The notes under the pieces are model-generated. The model was given only the letters and a program-made list of their open reading frames with translations, searched no databases and was not told the origin of the DNA. From an uncultured Candidatus Saccharibacteria bacterium (GTDB taxonomy: Bacteria; Patescibacteriota; Minisyncoccia; Phycocordibacterales; WO2-35-19), in NCBI GenBank assembly GCA_964630525.1, contig CAZVUY010000005.1, positions 1,379-65,378 on the forward strand: a DNA stretch of 64,000 bases, given 5' to 3'. How positions within the stretch are numbered: position 1 is the first letter of the stretch; each line of letters begins with the position of its first letter. The translations under genes and the position numbers were made by a program. Below are positions 36,194-46,060 of this stretch, piece after piece.

Positions 36194-38548
36194 ATGGCGA
36201 AAACAATCAAAAAATCAGCGAAAAAGTCGGCGATGGAAGATTTCATCAAGAAAGTGCAAAAAAGAGACGGCTCCATTGTCCCGTTTGATTTTGAAAGGAT
36301 TGTTACCGCCATCAACAAAGCCATGGTCGCCTCAAGCGAAGGTTCTGAAGCTGAGGCGCGGATGGTAGCTCACAAAGTACTCGCTGATTTGGTGCGCATC
36401 AGCAAGAAGTTCAAAAACTTTATGCCCAATGTCGAGGGTATCCAAGATAGCGTAGAGAAAGAGTTGATCCTCTCCGAATACGTCAACACCGCCAAAAACT
36501 ACATTATTTATCGCCAGAAACGCTCAGAGCTCCGAGTGAAAGGTATCCGAGTACCAGAAAAAGTCCAAAAATTGGCCGCTGAAAGCAAAAAGTATTTCAA
36601 AAATGCCTTGGGTGAATTTATTTATTACCGTACTTACTCAAAATGGATCCCGGAAGAGAGTCGCCGCGAGACCTGGATCGAAACTGTCGACCGCTATGTC
36701 AGCTTTATGAAAGAAAACCTAGGTAACAAGCTCAAAGAAGAAGAGTACGCGGAAGTCCGCGAAGCGATCCTCAAACAAGAGGCGATGCCTTCGATGCGGC
36801 TTTTGCAATTTGCCGGCAAAGCGGCGCGTGCTACCAATGTGGCTGCCTACAACTGTTCCTATGTTGCTCCTTCTTGTTTCCAAGATTTTGCCGAGATTAT
36901 GTACATTTCGATGTGTGGCACCGGCGCTGGTTGGTCAGTAGAGAGTGAAAATATTGAGAAGCTGCCTCAGATCAACAAACAACTTGGCGGCAAACCGATC
37001 AAACATGTTGTTCCTGACAGCAAAGAAGGTTGGGCTGACGCTCTCGCTCTTGGTATGAAGACTTGGGCTGAAGGCAAGGATGTCGAGTTTGATTTTTCAT
37101 TGCTTCGACCGGCCGGCGCTCGCTTGGCGACCATGGGCGGCAAATCAAGTGGTCCTGAACCGTTGCGCCAGGTACTCGCTTTCACCAGAGGGAAAATGCT
37201 GGCCAGACAAGGCAAGAGGCTTCGCACCATCGACGCTCACGACATTATCTGCAAAATAGGCGAGTGCGTGGTCGCTGGTGGTGTCCGCCGCAGCGCCATG
37301 ATCTCCCTCTCCGACCTCGAGGATGAAGCGATCCGCGACGCCAAGAAAGGCCAGTTTTGGAATACCGATCCGCAACGCATGCTCGCCAACAATAGCGCTG
37401 TTTACAATGATAAGCCGAGCAATGAGCAGTTTCTCGATGAATGGATCGCCCTCATCAAGTCCGGTGCTGGCGAGAGAGGTATTTTCAATCGCGGCGGTCT
37501 CACTCAAACTTTGCCAAAAAGAAGATTGGAAGTTTTCAAAGAAATGGGTGTGATCTCCGAAGAGGGCCGTTTCCTCAAACCGGTCGGCACCAACCCTTGC
37601 GGTGAGATCATTCTCCAATCAAAACAATTCTGCAACCTCTCCGAAGTAGTAGCGAGAAGCAATGACACCTTGGAAAGTTTAAAGAGGAAGGTGCGCGTCG
37701 CCACCATTCTCGGTACTTACCAAGCCACTCTGACCAAGTTCCCGTATCTTTCTAAAGAATGGAAGGAAAATTGCGATCGAGAAAGATTGCTTGGGGTCTC
37801 GATCACTGGCCAGTGGGATTCGCCTACAGTCCGCAAGCCAGAAGTAATGAAAGAATTGAAAGAAGAGGCCATCAAGGTCAATCGCCAATTTGCCAAAAGA
37901 TTCGGTATCAACGAATCAACCTGCATCACCTGTACCAAACCATCCGGCAACCTCTCTCAAACTGTCGACTCTTCCTCTGGTGTGCACCCCAGACATTCAG
38001 CTTATTATATCCGTCGAGTGCGCATCGCTGCCACTGACTCACTTTTCAAAATGATGCGCGACCAAGGTGTACCTTTCAATCCAGAAGTAGGGCAGACGAT
38101 GGAAAATGCCACCACCTTCGTGATCGACTTCCCAGTCAAATCTCCCAAATCTTCTGTCTTCAAGAATGATCAGACGGCGATCGAACAGCTCGAGTATTGG
38201 AAAGTGGTCAAAGAGAACTTTACTGAGCACAACCCTTCGACCACCATCTCAGTGGGAGAAAACGAATGGATCGAAGTGGCCAGTTGGCTCTACAAAAATT
38301 GGGAAATCATTGGCGGCCTCTCCTTCCTACCGCGCGATAACCACGTCTACCAGCTCGCTCCTTATGAAGAAGTGGATGAGAAAAAATACAACGAAGTCAG
38401 CAAGCGTTTGGCCCATATCGACTTCGCCAAGATCGTGACCTACGAAGGGACTGACGAGATCGACTCCAAACAAGAACTCGCTTGTGCTTCCGGTGTCTGT
38501 TCGATCGATGACATCGTCACCACCGCCGCTACTGAAGTAAAGGCGTAG
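36194..38548 (+). CDS. nrdJ: class II (B12-dependent) ribonucleotide reductase with N-terminal ATP cone
   Basis: VQKRDG ATP cone, YYRTYS, VAGGVRRSA, TNPCGEI, KPSG, HNPS, C-terminal CASGVC. Confidence 0.9.
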   Translation: MAKTIKKSAKKSAMEDFIKKVQKRDGSIVPFDFERIVTAINKAMVASSEGSEAEARMVAHKVLADLVRISKKFKNFMPNVEGIQDSVEKELILSEYVNTAKNYIIYRQKRSELRVKGIRVPEKVQKLAAESKKYFKNALGEFIYYRTYSKWIPEESRRETWIETVDRYVSFMKENLGNKLKEEEYAEVREAILKQEAMPSMRLLQFAGKAARATNVAAYNCSYVAPSCFQDFAEIMYISMCGTGAGWSVESENIEKLPQINKQLGGKPIKHVVPDSKEGWADALALGMKTWAEGKDVEFDFSLLRPAGARLATMGGKSSGPEPLRQVLAFTRGKMLARQGKRLRTIDAHDIICKIGECVVAGGVRRSAMISLSDLEDEAIRDAKKGQFWNTDPQRMLANNSAVYNDKPSNEQFLDEWIALIKSGAGERGIFNRGGLTQTLPKRRLEVFKEMGVISEEGRFLKPVGTNPCGEIILQSKQFCNLSEVVARSNDTLESLKRKVRVATILGTYQATLTKFPYLSKEWKENCDRERLLGVSITGQWDSPTVRKPEVMKELKEEAIKVNRQFAKRFGINESTCITCTKPSGNLSQTVDSSSGVHPRHSAYYIRRVRIAATDSLFKMMRDQGVPFNPEVGQTMENATTFVIDFPVKSPKSSVFKNDQTAIEQLEYWKVVKENFTEHNPSTTISVGENEWIEVASWLYKNWEIIGGLSFLPRDNHVYQLAPYEEVDEKKYNEVSKRLAHIDFAKIVTYEGTDEIDSKQELACASGVCSIDDIVTTAATEVKA

Positions 38549-38866
38549 AACTTGCGGGAATTTTGGATTTATTTATAATTCAAAGTAGATTGACCCGTCT
38601 TCCTCCGAGGGCGGGGTGGTGGCCAGCCTCAGATGACCCATGGCCGCCTTCACCTCCATCCCAGTGGCCGATCGCAAGATCGGCCACTTCCTGTTTTACT
38701 CTTTATTTTAAATATGCTACATTGGTTCTGGCAAACTCGTGGTTTGCCACTCCGACGAGAGATGGCGGTGGGTTCTTAGGACTCACCGCCATTATTATTT
38801 TGATACTGTATTTTTATACCTTCTTTATAGTTGTAAGTTATAGTTGAGGTGAGTTATAATTTACTC

Positions 38867-39931
38867 ATGGAAAACAATGGTTCGACAAACTCACCACAAG
38901 GAACTATTCGCGCGGCGATCAATGGAGCAGGGAGGATCGGCCGAGCATTTTTGAAATTAGCTCAAAATAATCCAAGAATTGAAGTGGTAGCTATCAACGA
39001 CTTGGGCGAGATCGACAACATTGCCTACCTAATCAAATACGATACTGCTTATGGCGCTGCTCAGTTTGAAGTGAAAGTGAAGGAGGACAAAAAAGCTTTG
39101 ATTATTGGCGGCAAAGAGGTTGAGTTTCTTTCTGAAAAAAATCCGGGTGATCTGCCATGGAAATATTTGAATATCGACGTGGTGGTAGAGGCAAGCGGCG
39201 CTTTCACTAGTTTCAAAAAGGCCAAAGCTCATGTCGATGCTGGTGCCAAACGAGTGGTGATCACCGCCCCAGTCAAAGATGACCCGGCCGACGAAACTCA
39301 GGCTACTATTCTTATGGGTATCAATGACGATAAACTCAAATCTTGTATCGTAAGCTCCAATGCCTCTTGCACCACCAACGCCGGCTCACCCCTAATCCAG
39401 ATTTTGAATGAAAAAATCGGCATCGAAAAAGCTATTTTAAATACCGTGCATGGCTACACCGCCAGCCAATCTATCGTTGACGGTCCAAACAAAAAAGATT
39501 TCAAAGAGGGAAGGGCGGCGGCGCAAAATATTGTGCCCACTTCGACCGGAGCTGCGATCGCGGTGACCAAAGCAGTGCCAGACCTCACCAACAAATTTGA
39601 TGGTGTCTCCATGCGAGTGCCGGTAGTTGCTGGCTCAATCGCCGACGTTACCTTTATCGCCAAAAGAGAAACTAGTGTCGAAGAAATAAATAAAATTTTG
39701 AAGGAAGCAGCTAGCGAGGCTAGATGGCAGGGGATCTTCACCGTCACCGCAGACCCGATCGTCTCTTCTGACGTCATCGGCTCACTCTACGGCTCGATAG
39801 CCGACCTGGGACTCACTCGTGTCGTTGATAAAAATCTAGTCAAAGTCTGCGCCTGGTACGACAACGAGATGGGGTACACTTCGACTTTAATAAAACATGT
39901 GATAAAGGTCGGGGAGTATATCAACAAGTAA
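38867..39931 (+). CDS. gap: glyceraldehyde-3-phosphate dehydrogenase type I
   Basis: INGAGRIGR, SNASCTTN, WYDNEMGY. Confidence 0.97.
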   Translation: MENNGSTNSPQGTIRAAINGAGRIGRAFLKLAQNNPRIEVVAINDLGEIDNIAYLIKYDTAYGAAQFEVKVKEDKKALIIGGKEVEFLSEKNPGDLPWKYLNIDVVVEASGAFTSFKKAKAHVDAGAKRVVITAPVKDDPADETQATILMGINDDKLKSCIVSSNASCTTNAGSPLIQILNEKIGIEKAILNTVHGYTASQSIVDGPNKKDFKEGRAAAQNIVPTSTGAAIAVTKAVPDLTNKFDGVSMRVPVVAGSIADVTFIAKRETSVEEINKILKEAASEARWQGIFTVTADPIVSSDVIGSLYGSIADLGLTRVVDKNLVKVCAWYDNEMGYTSTLIKHVIKVGEYINK

Positions 39932-39941
39932 CTAATAACTG

Positions 39942-40325
39942 GTGAACATTAACCAAAAAGAAAATAATTTTAGGTTTTTAGGATGGAAAGTTTATGGGGA
40001 TGCAAAACAATTTGCTCATGCGAGTTTTAAGATAGTTAAAACACTTCCCAGAGAATACAGATTTGAAATCGGAAGTCAGATTATAAGGTCTAGTATATCT
40101 GTATCCTTAAATATTGCGGAGGGTTCCGGTAAAAATTCAGATAAAGACTTTAACCATTTTCTTAATATTTCTTCTGGTTCACTATTTGAGACGATAGCTT
40201 CATTTGATATTTTAAGAGATAATAAACTTATAACAGAAAGAGAATTTGAGGAATTAGTAGAGCTCGGTAACACAATCAGTGCTCAATTAGGAGGTTTTAA
40301 GAAAAAGTTAAAAGGTTATAGTTAA
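39942..40325 (+). CDS. four-helix-bundle protein (23S rRNA IVP/Avd-like)
   Basis: SQIIRSSISVSLNIAEG, FLNISSGSLFE; AT-rich. Confidence 0.9.
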   Translation: MNINQKENNFRFLGWKVYGDAKQFAHASFKIVKTLPREYRFEIGSQIIRSSISVSLNIAEGSGKNSDKDFNHFLNISSGSLFETIASFDILRDNKLITEREFEELVELGNTISAQLGGFKKKLKGYS

Positions 40326-40337
40326 AGATTATTTGTT

Positions 40338-40841
40338 ATGACTGTTTATTTCGCGAGCGACCATGCTGGGTTTGAGATGAAAAATGAACTTTTGAAGTTT
40401 GTCAAAGAGCTTGGTTATGAAGTAGAAGATTGTGGTGCCTATAACTTTGATCCAAACGACGACTACCCAGAGTTTATAAAAAAAGCGGCCAAAGCAGTTT
40501 CCGAAAACCCAGACGATACGAAAGCTGTTATTTTGGGGGGTTCGGGGCAAGGGGAAGCGATAGTCGCTAATAGATTTAAAAATGTACGAGCAGTAGTACA
40601 TTATGGACATCATTTTAATTTGAATTCTCTTTGGTCACTTTTTCTGATTGATCTAGGGTTAGTTTGGAAACCATTTAAAATCCTAAAATTAACTAGGGAG
40701 CATAATGATGCGAATGTTTTGTCTATTGGTGCCAGGTTTATTTCTAAAAAAGAAGCCAAAGAAGCAGTCAAACTTTGGCTGGAAACACCTTTTTCCGGAG
40801 AAGAAAGGCACCGAAGAAGGATTGATCAGATCGACTCATAA
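40338..40841 (+). CDS. rpiB: ribose-5-phosphate isomerase B
   Basis: SDHAG, DDYP, GGSGQGE, REHNDANVL, RHRRRI. Confidence 0.95.
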   Translation: MTVYFASDHAGFEMKNELLKFVKELGYEVEDCGAYNFDPNDDYPEFIKKAAKAVSENPDDTKAVILGGSGQGEAIVANRFKNVRAVVHYGHHFNLNSLWSLFLIDLGLVWKPFKILKLTREHNDANVLSIGARFISKKEAKEAVKLWLETPFSGEERHRRRIDQIDS

Positions 40842-40925
40842 CTTAAAACAAATGACTATAACCAAAGATTTTTACCTTATTATTTGTTACTTGTTAAATG
40901 TTACAAGTTAATTGTTTAGTAATTT

Positions 40926-41597
40926 ATGAACGAAATTATTCCAGCTCTGATACCCCAAAATCTCAATATTGTCCGAGAAAAATTCGGCGAAATTTTGGGT
41001 TTAGCCAAAAAAGTACAGATCGATATCGTGGATGGAGAGTACGCCCCAGTCAAAAGTTGGCCAGTGATCGATAAAACCGACGACAGTCTCTATCGTTTTG
41101 GCCGGGGTGAAGACAAATTCCCATATATCGATGATTTCAAACTTGAAGTCGACCTGCTCGTCCTTCATCCGATCGAGTACATCTCCGAGCTTTTAGGAAT
41201 GGGCACTTCAAGTTTTGTGATCCATATCGACTCTACCGACCATGTGAAAGAATGTATCGAGACGATCAAAGGAGAGGAGCGAGAAGTTGGTATTGGGATC
41301 AAGCCTTCAGTCGACAGCGCACTTTTGGATCAATTTTTGTCTCAGATCGACTTCGTGCAATTCATGGGCAGCGATCGAGTAGGCTATAGTGGTGTTGAGC
41401 TCGACCCAATGGTTTATGACAAAATCCAAAAATTCTGCAAAATCCATCCTTCTATGCCAGTGCAAATAGATATCGGAGTAAACGAGGAAACCATACCCAA
41501 ACTCAAAGAAATCGGCGTCACTCGCTTCATCTCCAACTCTTCCATCTTCAACACTCCCAATCCCCGAGAAGCCCTCCAAAAACTCCAGAATTTATAG
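40926..41597 (+). CDS. rpe: ribulose-phosphate 3-epimerase (divergent)
   Basis: QIDIVDG, GYSG, QIDIGVN; pentose-phosphate context. Confidence 0.8.
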   Translation: MNEIIPALIPQNLNIVREKFGEILGLAKKVQIDIVDGEYAPVKSWPVIDKTDDSLYRFGRGEDKFPYIDDFKLEVDLLVLHPIEYISELLGMGTSSFVIHIDSTDHVKECIETIKGEEREVGIGIKPSVDSALLDQFLSQIDFVQFMGSDRVGYSGVELDPMVYDKIQKFCKIHPSMPVQIDIGVNEETIPKLKEIGVTRFISNSSIFNTPNPREALQKLQNL

Positions 41598-41606
41598 ACC
41601 CTCATT

Positions 41607-41918
41607 ATGAACAGAATAAGGTTTGTTACAAGTGATATCTATGGTTTTTTAAAATCTTTTGATGATCACTTGGTTACTAAAATATTTGGACTATTAGAAG
41701 CATTGGACCAGTTTGGCGTATATCTAAACCCAACAAGATTAAAGAAAATTAATAAAGATATCTATGAACTCCGAATCACCGGAAGGATTGCCATCAGAAT
41801 ATTTATAGTTTTTAAAAACGATATTGTTTATATATTGCATGCCTTTGTTAAGAAAAGCCAAAAGTTACCTAAAAAAGATCTAGAAATCGCTATCTCTAGG
41901 TTAAAATATTTGCAATAA
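41607..41918 (+). CDS. RelE/HigB-family toxin (Gp49-like)
   Basis: IYELRI, LHAFVKKSQKLP. Confidence 0.88.
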   Translation: MNRIRFVTSDIYGFLKSFDDHLVTKIFGLLEALDQFGVYLNPTRLKKINKDIYELRITGRIAIRIFIVFKNDIVYILHAFVKKSQKLPKKDLEIAISRLKYLQ

Positions 41919-41944
41919 GATAGCGTATTTGCTATCATTCAAGT

Positions 41945-42235
41945 ATGAAAAAAATAAACGTAAAAAACATGAAAACTCTGGAAGACTTCAAAAAGGAAAT
42001 ATTTAAAAGGCCTGGAGTTAGGAAAGCATACGAAGAAATGCAGCCAGAATTTGAGATTATCCGTAGCTTGGCTCGAGTTCGCATGGAGAAGAAGCTTAAC
42101 CAAAGACAGTTGGCAAAAAAAGTGGGAGTGACTCAGTCTGCTTTAGCACGATTTGAATCCGGCAAAGTTGATCCTCGACTTACTTTTCTTAAAAAAATCA
42201 CAGCTGGGCTTGGTTTGAAACTGATTGTAAAGTAA
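41945..42235 (+). CDS. HigA-like XRE HTH antitoxin
   Basis: LNQRQLAKKVGVTQSALARFESG, downstream of the toxin. Confidence 0.88.
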   Translation: MKKINVKNMKTLEDFKKEIFKRPGVRKAYEEMQPEFEIIRSLARVRMEKKLNQRQLAKKVGVTQSALARFESGKVDPRLTFLKKITAGLGLKLIVK

Positions 42236-42344
42236 AATTACTTCATGCCTCCCCAATTTGAAAATAACGTCAAGCCAAATCCTCTCCACCTTCAAATTCA
42301 CAAAATGATTTTCAATTTTTGAATTTCAATTCTATAATGTAAGG

Positions 42345-43241
42345 GTGTTGCACCTCACAGATGAAAAAATAAAATGGTTGGAAGAGAAAGCGAATGAGAT
42401 TCGCCAATCGATCATTGAAATGTTGATCGAAGCGGGTAGTGGCCATAGCGCCGGGCCTTTGGGAATGGCCGATGTTTTTACCGCCCTCTATTTTTATATT
42501 TTGAAGCACGACCCGACCAACCCGATGTGGGAAGAGCGCGATCGGCTCGTCCTTTCCAACGGCCATATTTGCCCGGTTTACTACGCGACCTTGGCCCATG
42601 CTGGCTACCTCAAACTCGAAGAACTCAAAACCTTGCGCAAATTCGGTTCACGTTTGCAAGGCCACCCGCATCGAGAGTACCTGCCTTTCATCGAGACTTC
42701 TTCAGGGCCGCTCGGCTCTGGGCTTTCCCAGGCAGTCGGTATGTGCCTCGCCGATCGGATTGACAATGGTAAATATTCGCCAAAACAATTTTACTGTCTT
42801 CTGAGCGATGGGGAACTCGAAGAGGGCAATACTTGGGAAGCGGTAATGTTGGGAGCCAAAGAGCGATTGCAAAATCTGACTGTTTTTGTCGATCGCAACA
42901 ATATTCAGATAGAGGGCTATACCGAAGATATCATGCCGCTTGAACCACTCGCTGCCAAATGGGAATCCTTCAATTGGCATGTACAAATGATCGATGGCCA
43001 TGATTTCAACCAGATTGTCGGAGCGGTCGGTGAAGCTCAAGCGGTTTTCGATCGGCCATCGGTCATCTTGGCCAACACGATTCCCGGCAAAGGGGTTTCT
43101 TTCATGGAACGCCGCTTTGAATGGCACGGCAACCCACCAGGTAAAGGCCCGGAGGACGTAGTACCGAAAACCAAACAAGGCCGAGAAGCGTTGCGAGAAT
43201 TGCGTACGTTGCAGGGTAAGATAAAAAGTGAGCATGAGTAA
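42345..43241 (+). CDS. transketolase N-terminal subunit
   Basis: AGSGH, DRLVLSNGH, LQGHP, SDGELEEG TPP motif. Confidence 0.95.
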   Translation: MLHLTDEKIKWLEEKANEIRQSIIEMLIEAGSGHSAGPLGMADVFTALYFYILKHDPTNPMWEERDRLVLSNGHICPVYYATLAHAGYLKLEELKTLRKFGSRLQGHPHREYLPFIETSSGPLGSGLSQAVGMCLADRIDNGKYSPKQFYCLLSDGELEEGNTWEAVMLGAKERLQNLTVFVDRNNIQIEGYTEDIMPLEPLAAKWESFNWHVQMIDGHDFNQIVGAVGEAQAVFDRPSVILANTIPGKGVSFMERRFEWHGNPPGKGPEDVVPKTKQGREALRELRTLQGKIKSEHE

Positions 43242-43274
43242 ACCTCACCCCCAACACCAGGAAGAAAAAAAATT

Positions 43275-44270
43275 ATGTTAAACAGAGAATTAAAACTAAA
43301 TCCAAAAATATTTGATACTGATGTGGAACAGCTACCGATCCGCAAAGGTTTTGGCGATGGTTTGGTGATCGCGGGAGACGAAAATCCGAACGTGGTCGGT
43401 CTTTGTGCTGACTTGACGGAAAGTACCCAGATGCACCTTTTTGCTCGCAAATACCCGCTCCGATTTGTCCAAGTCGGCGTCGCAGAACAAAACTTGGTGA
43501 CAGTGGCAAGTGGTATGGCCGCTATGGGCAAAGTTCCTTTCACTTCTTCTTATGCCATGTTTAGTCCGGGCCGCAATTGGGAACAGATCCGCACCACTAT
43601 TTGCTACAACGACCGCAAAGTAGTGATCGTCGGTAGCCACGCTGGCATTTCAGTCGGACCAGATGGTGGTACCCACCAAGCGATTGAGGATATCGCCATC
43701 ATGCGTGTTCTGCCCAACATGACGATACTCTCACCTTGCGACGCCATCGAAGCCAAGAAAGCTACTATCGAAGCGGCGCGGATCAAAGGGCCGGTTTACA
43801 TCCGTCTTGCCAGAGAGAAAACACCGATCATTACCACCGAAGAGACTCCTTTTGAAGTTGGTAAAGCGCAAATTTTCTTTGCCCCACCTATGACTGCTCA
43901 AGTGGGGATCATCGCGACCGGCGCCCTACTTCACAAAGCCATTCTGGTAGCCAAGATGTTTGCTGAAAAGGGAGTGGCCATAAAAGTTTTAAATATTGCA
44001 AGCATCCGCCCGCTCGATTTTGAAGCGATCAAAAACCTAGCCAAAGAGGCTGGGGCCATAATCAGTGTCGAAGAGCATCAGGTGGTCGGCGGTCTCGGCT
44101 CGGCAATAGCTGAAGTTTTGGCCCAAAATACTCCAGTCCCAATGGAAATGATCGGCGTCCATGACAAGTTCGGTCAATCCGGCACCCCAGAAGAATTGAT
44201 CGAGCATTATGGGATGGGGGTCTCCAGTATTGAAAAGGCAGTTGAGAGAGTTTTGGCTCGCAAAAAATAA
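43275..44270 (+). CDS. transketolase C-terminal subunit
   Basis: GVAEQN, GPDGGTHQ, VEEHQ..GGLGS. Confidence 0.95.
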   Translation: MLNRELKLNPKIFDTDVEQLPIRKGFGDGLVIAGDENPNVVGLCADLTESTQMHLFARKYPLRFVQVGVAEQNLVTVASGMAAMGKVPFTSSYAMFSPGRNWEQIRTTICYNDRKVVIVGSHAGISVGPDGGTHQAIEDIAIMRVLPNMTILSPCDAIEAKKATIEAARIKGPVYIRLAREKTPIITTEETPFEVGKAQIFFAPPMTAQVGIIATGALLHKAILVAKMFAEKGVAIKVLNIASIRPLDFEAIKNLAKEAGAIISVEEHQVVGGLGSAIAEVLAQNTPVPMEMIGVHDKFGQSGTPEELIEHYGMGVSSIEKAVERVLARKK

Positions 44271-44320
44271 TCCACAATTTTAAACATGAATTCATTTTTT
44301 ATTCATGTTATTTTTAATTT

Positions 44321-44470
44321 GAAAGGAGGTTCCACCCATGGTATGGGATGTAAAGGAGGTGATCCAGCCCTAATCGTGTTTGGTCTTCTTAGGCTTCTTT
44401 GTTTGGAGAGGAGGTGCCATCCAACCTTGTAGTCATGGGCTCGCGCAAAAGATCGGCTTGCGCGAGCCCC
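44321..44470 (+). other. cluster of three strong Shine-Dalgarno motifs, one an 18-nt complement of the 16S rRNA 3' end, followed by a terminator hairpin
   Basis: GAAAGGAGGT 44321; AAAGGAGGTGATCCAGCC 44352-44369; GAGGAGGTG 44408; hairpin GGGCTCGCGCAA/TTGCGCGAGCCC. Confidence 0.75.
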
Positions 44471-44476
44471 AAATTT

Positions 44477-45490
44477 TTACATAATCTTCTGAGGATAATA
44501 GTCTTGCGGAGCACTAGCCAAATGCTTCAAAATTTCTTCTTGAGTCAGTAAACCTTTTTGAGCGCCAACTTGTTGGACCACCGACATCGAGTTTACTGGC
44601 GACCAAAGAAAAGCATCAAAAAGAGATTTACCAAGAGCAATCACGGAAGTAAAAGTAGAAGCAAAAGCATCGCCAGCCCCAGTCCTTTCATAAGGAGGTT
44701 TTGGATCAGGGAAAGGCTTCATGAAATAACCTTCATAACCGTCATAACCATAAGCCCCTTTCGGCCCATCGGTAATCACAACCACGTTTGGCCCAAGACT
44801 ATGCATGCCTTGAAGCAAATTTTTGATATCTTGCTCATCCGGCTTTTCCAAGATCCTCCTCGCTTCGTCGGTGTTACAGAAGAAGATATCTGATCGGCTA
44901 TACAAATCTTTCAAAACTTCCTTGCCCATCTTCATTTGAAAAGTGCCTGGCTGAAAAGCGAGTCTGGTATCTTGATTTTGCCTTAAATATCCAACTAACT
45001 GTTGATGGTATTCTAGAGTCCCTTCACCTAAAGATGAAAGGTAAAGCCATTTTGGCTTACCAATGTCCGGCAAGTTATATTCGTATTCATGATGCTTAAT
45101 TAAAATAGTGCGTTCTTCTTCAAACCACAAAACATAGTGGTAATTTGTTTCTTTGTCTTTGTGGACCTTTACAAAATCAGTTGCCACACCATTTTTGTGC
45201 AAAGTGGCAATACATTCGTGACCATTGTGATCATCACCCAGATTGACCACGAGCGCCGAATCCAAACCAAGCCTAGCTGCCGCGACCGCCGCATTGGCCG
45301 AATTGCCGACCGCTCGCACTTCTTCCATAAATTCATATGGCACCTTGTCACCGAAACGCAAGATCAGCTCGCTTTTTTTGCCTTCTGGATCGCGATTCGC
45401 CTTGGCATCACGGAGTCGAATGAAAGCATCAGTGGTGATATCACCAATCGCCACGAAATCAAAATCCTTATGTCTATTGAAAAGATTCAT
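44477..45490 (-). CDS. PfkB family carbohydrate kinase
   Basis: GNSANAAVAAARLG, ITDGPKG, TGAGDAF. Confidence 0.93.
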   Translation of the reverse strand: MNLFNRHKDFDFVAIGDITTDAFIRLRDAKANRDPEGKKSELILRFGDKVPYEFMEEVRAVGNSANAAVAAARLGLDSALVVNLGDDHNGHECIATLHKNGVATDFVKVHKDKETNYHYVLWFEEERTILIKHHEYEYNLPDIGKPKWLYLSSLGEGTLEYHQQLVGYLRQNQDTRLAFQPGTFQMKMGKEVLKDLYSRSDIFFCNTDEARRILEKPDEQDIKNLLQGMHSLGPNVVVITDGPKGAYGYDGYEGYFMKPFPDPKPPYERTGAGDAFASTFTSVIALGKSLFDAFLWSPVNSMSVVQQVGAQKGLLTQEEILKHLASAPQDYYPQKIM

Positions 45491-45597
45491 TCGAGAAAAA
45501 TAATTTATCTAAATTATACACTGCTTTCTTTTTTTAACTAAAAATTTTTCCTGTGTATAACTTTGTTTTGGAAAAAATAAGAGTTAATATGTAAAAT

Positions 45598-46005
45598 ATG
45601 TTGCCAAAAAAAGATTATAAGATTTGGACTCCAGAAAAGGAGAAATTGCATAATGGTGAAAATCCGCGTCCTGGATTTCACGAAAGGGAAATTTGGTATT
45701 GTCATTTAGGGGAGAACGCGGGGTTTGAACAGGATGGAAAAGGGGATAATTTCTTGAGACCAGTAATTATTTTAAGGAAATTCAATAATGAAATTTTGTG
45801 GGCTATTCCGCTTACTTCTGCACTCAAGGATTCATCATATTATTTTGCTGTATCTTTTGGAGAAGGAGAAAATATGAGAAAAAGTTCGGCAATCCTTTCG
45901 CAAATACGTCTCATTGACGCAAAGAGATTGGCCTATACCATTGGCGAAGTTGGTAAGGAAGAGTTTGAAGAATTAAAGAAAAAACTCAAGGATTTGATAC
46001 CTTGA
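45598..46005 (+). CDS. PemK/MazF-family toxin, no adjacent protein antitoxin
   Basis: EIWYCHLGENAGFEQDGK, RPVII, AIPLTS, LSQIRLIDAKRL. Confidence 0.9.
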   Translation: MLPKKDYKIWTPEKEKLHNGENPRPGFHEREIWYCHLGENAGFEQDGKGDNFLRPVIILRKFNNEILWAIPLTSALKDSSYYFAVSFGEGENMRKSSAILSQIRLIDAKRLAYTIGEVGKEEFEELKKKLKDLIP

Positions 46006-46060
46006 GTTTTTTCTTTTTTTAACCTCCGCTTTCGCGGAGTCGGCCCGAAGGCATTTGTAA
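45975..46060 (-). ncRNA. putative convergent small RNA next to mazF
   Basis: Minus TTGACT(46092-87)-16-TATACT(46070-65); GCC-TTCG-GGC and CTCCGC-GAAA-GCGGAG hairpins; 17-bp terminator hairpin 45975-46016. Confidence 0.6.

Noticed and set aside
38563-38847. 94-aa ORF between nrdJ and gap
   Set aside because: TTG start without a clear RBS, odd composition, and it runs through hairpins
39942-40325. Diversity-generating retroelement (Avd-like gene)
   Set aside because: No reverse transcriptase and no TR/VR pair differing at adenines were seen in the window
44351-44369. 16S rRNA gene fragment
   Set aside because: Similarity stops after 18-19 nt and the flanks are not rRNA-like; reported instead as an anti-16S motif
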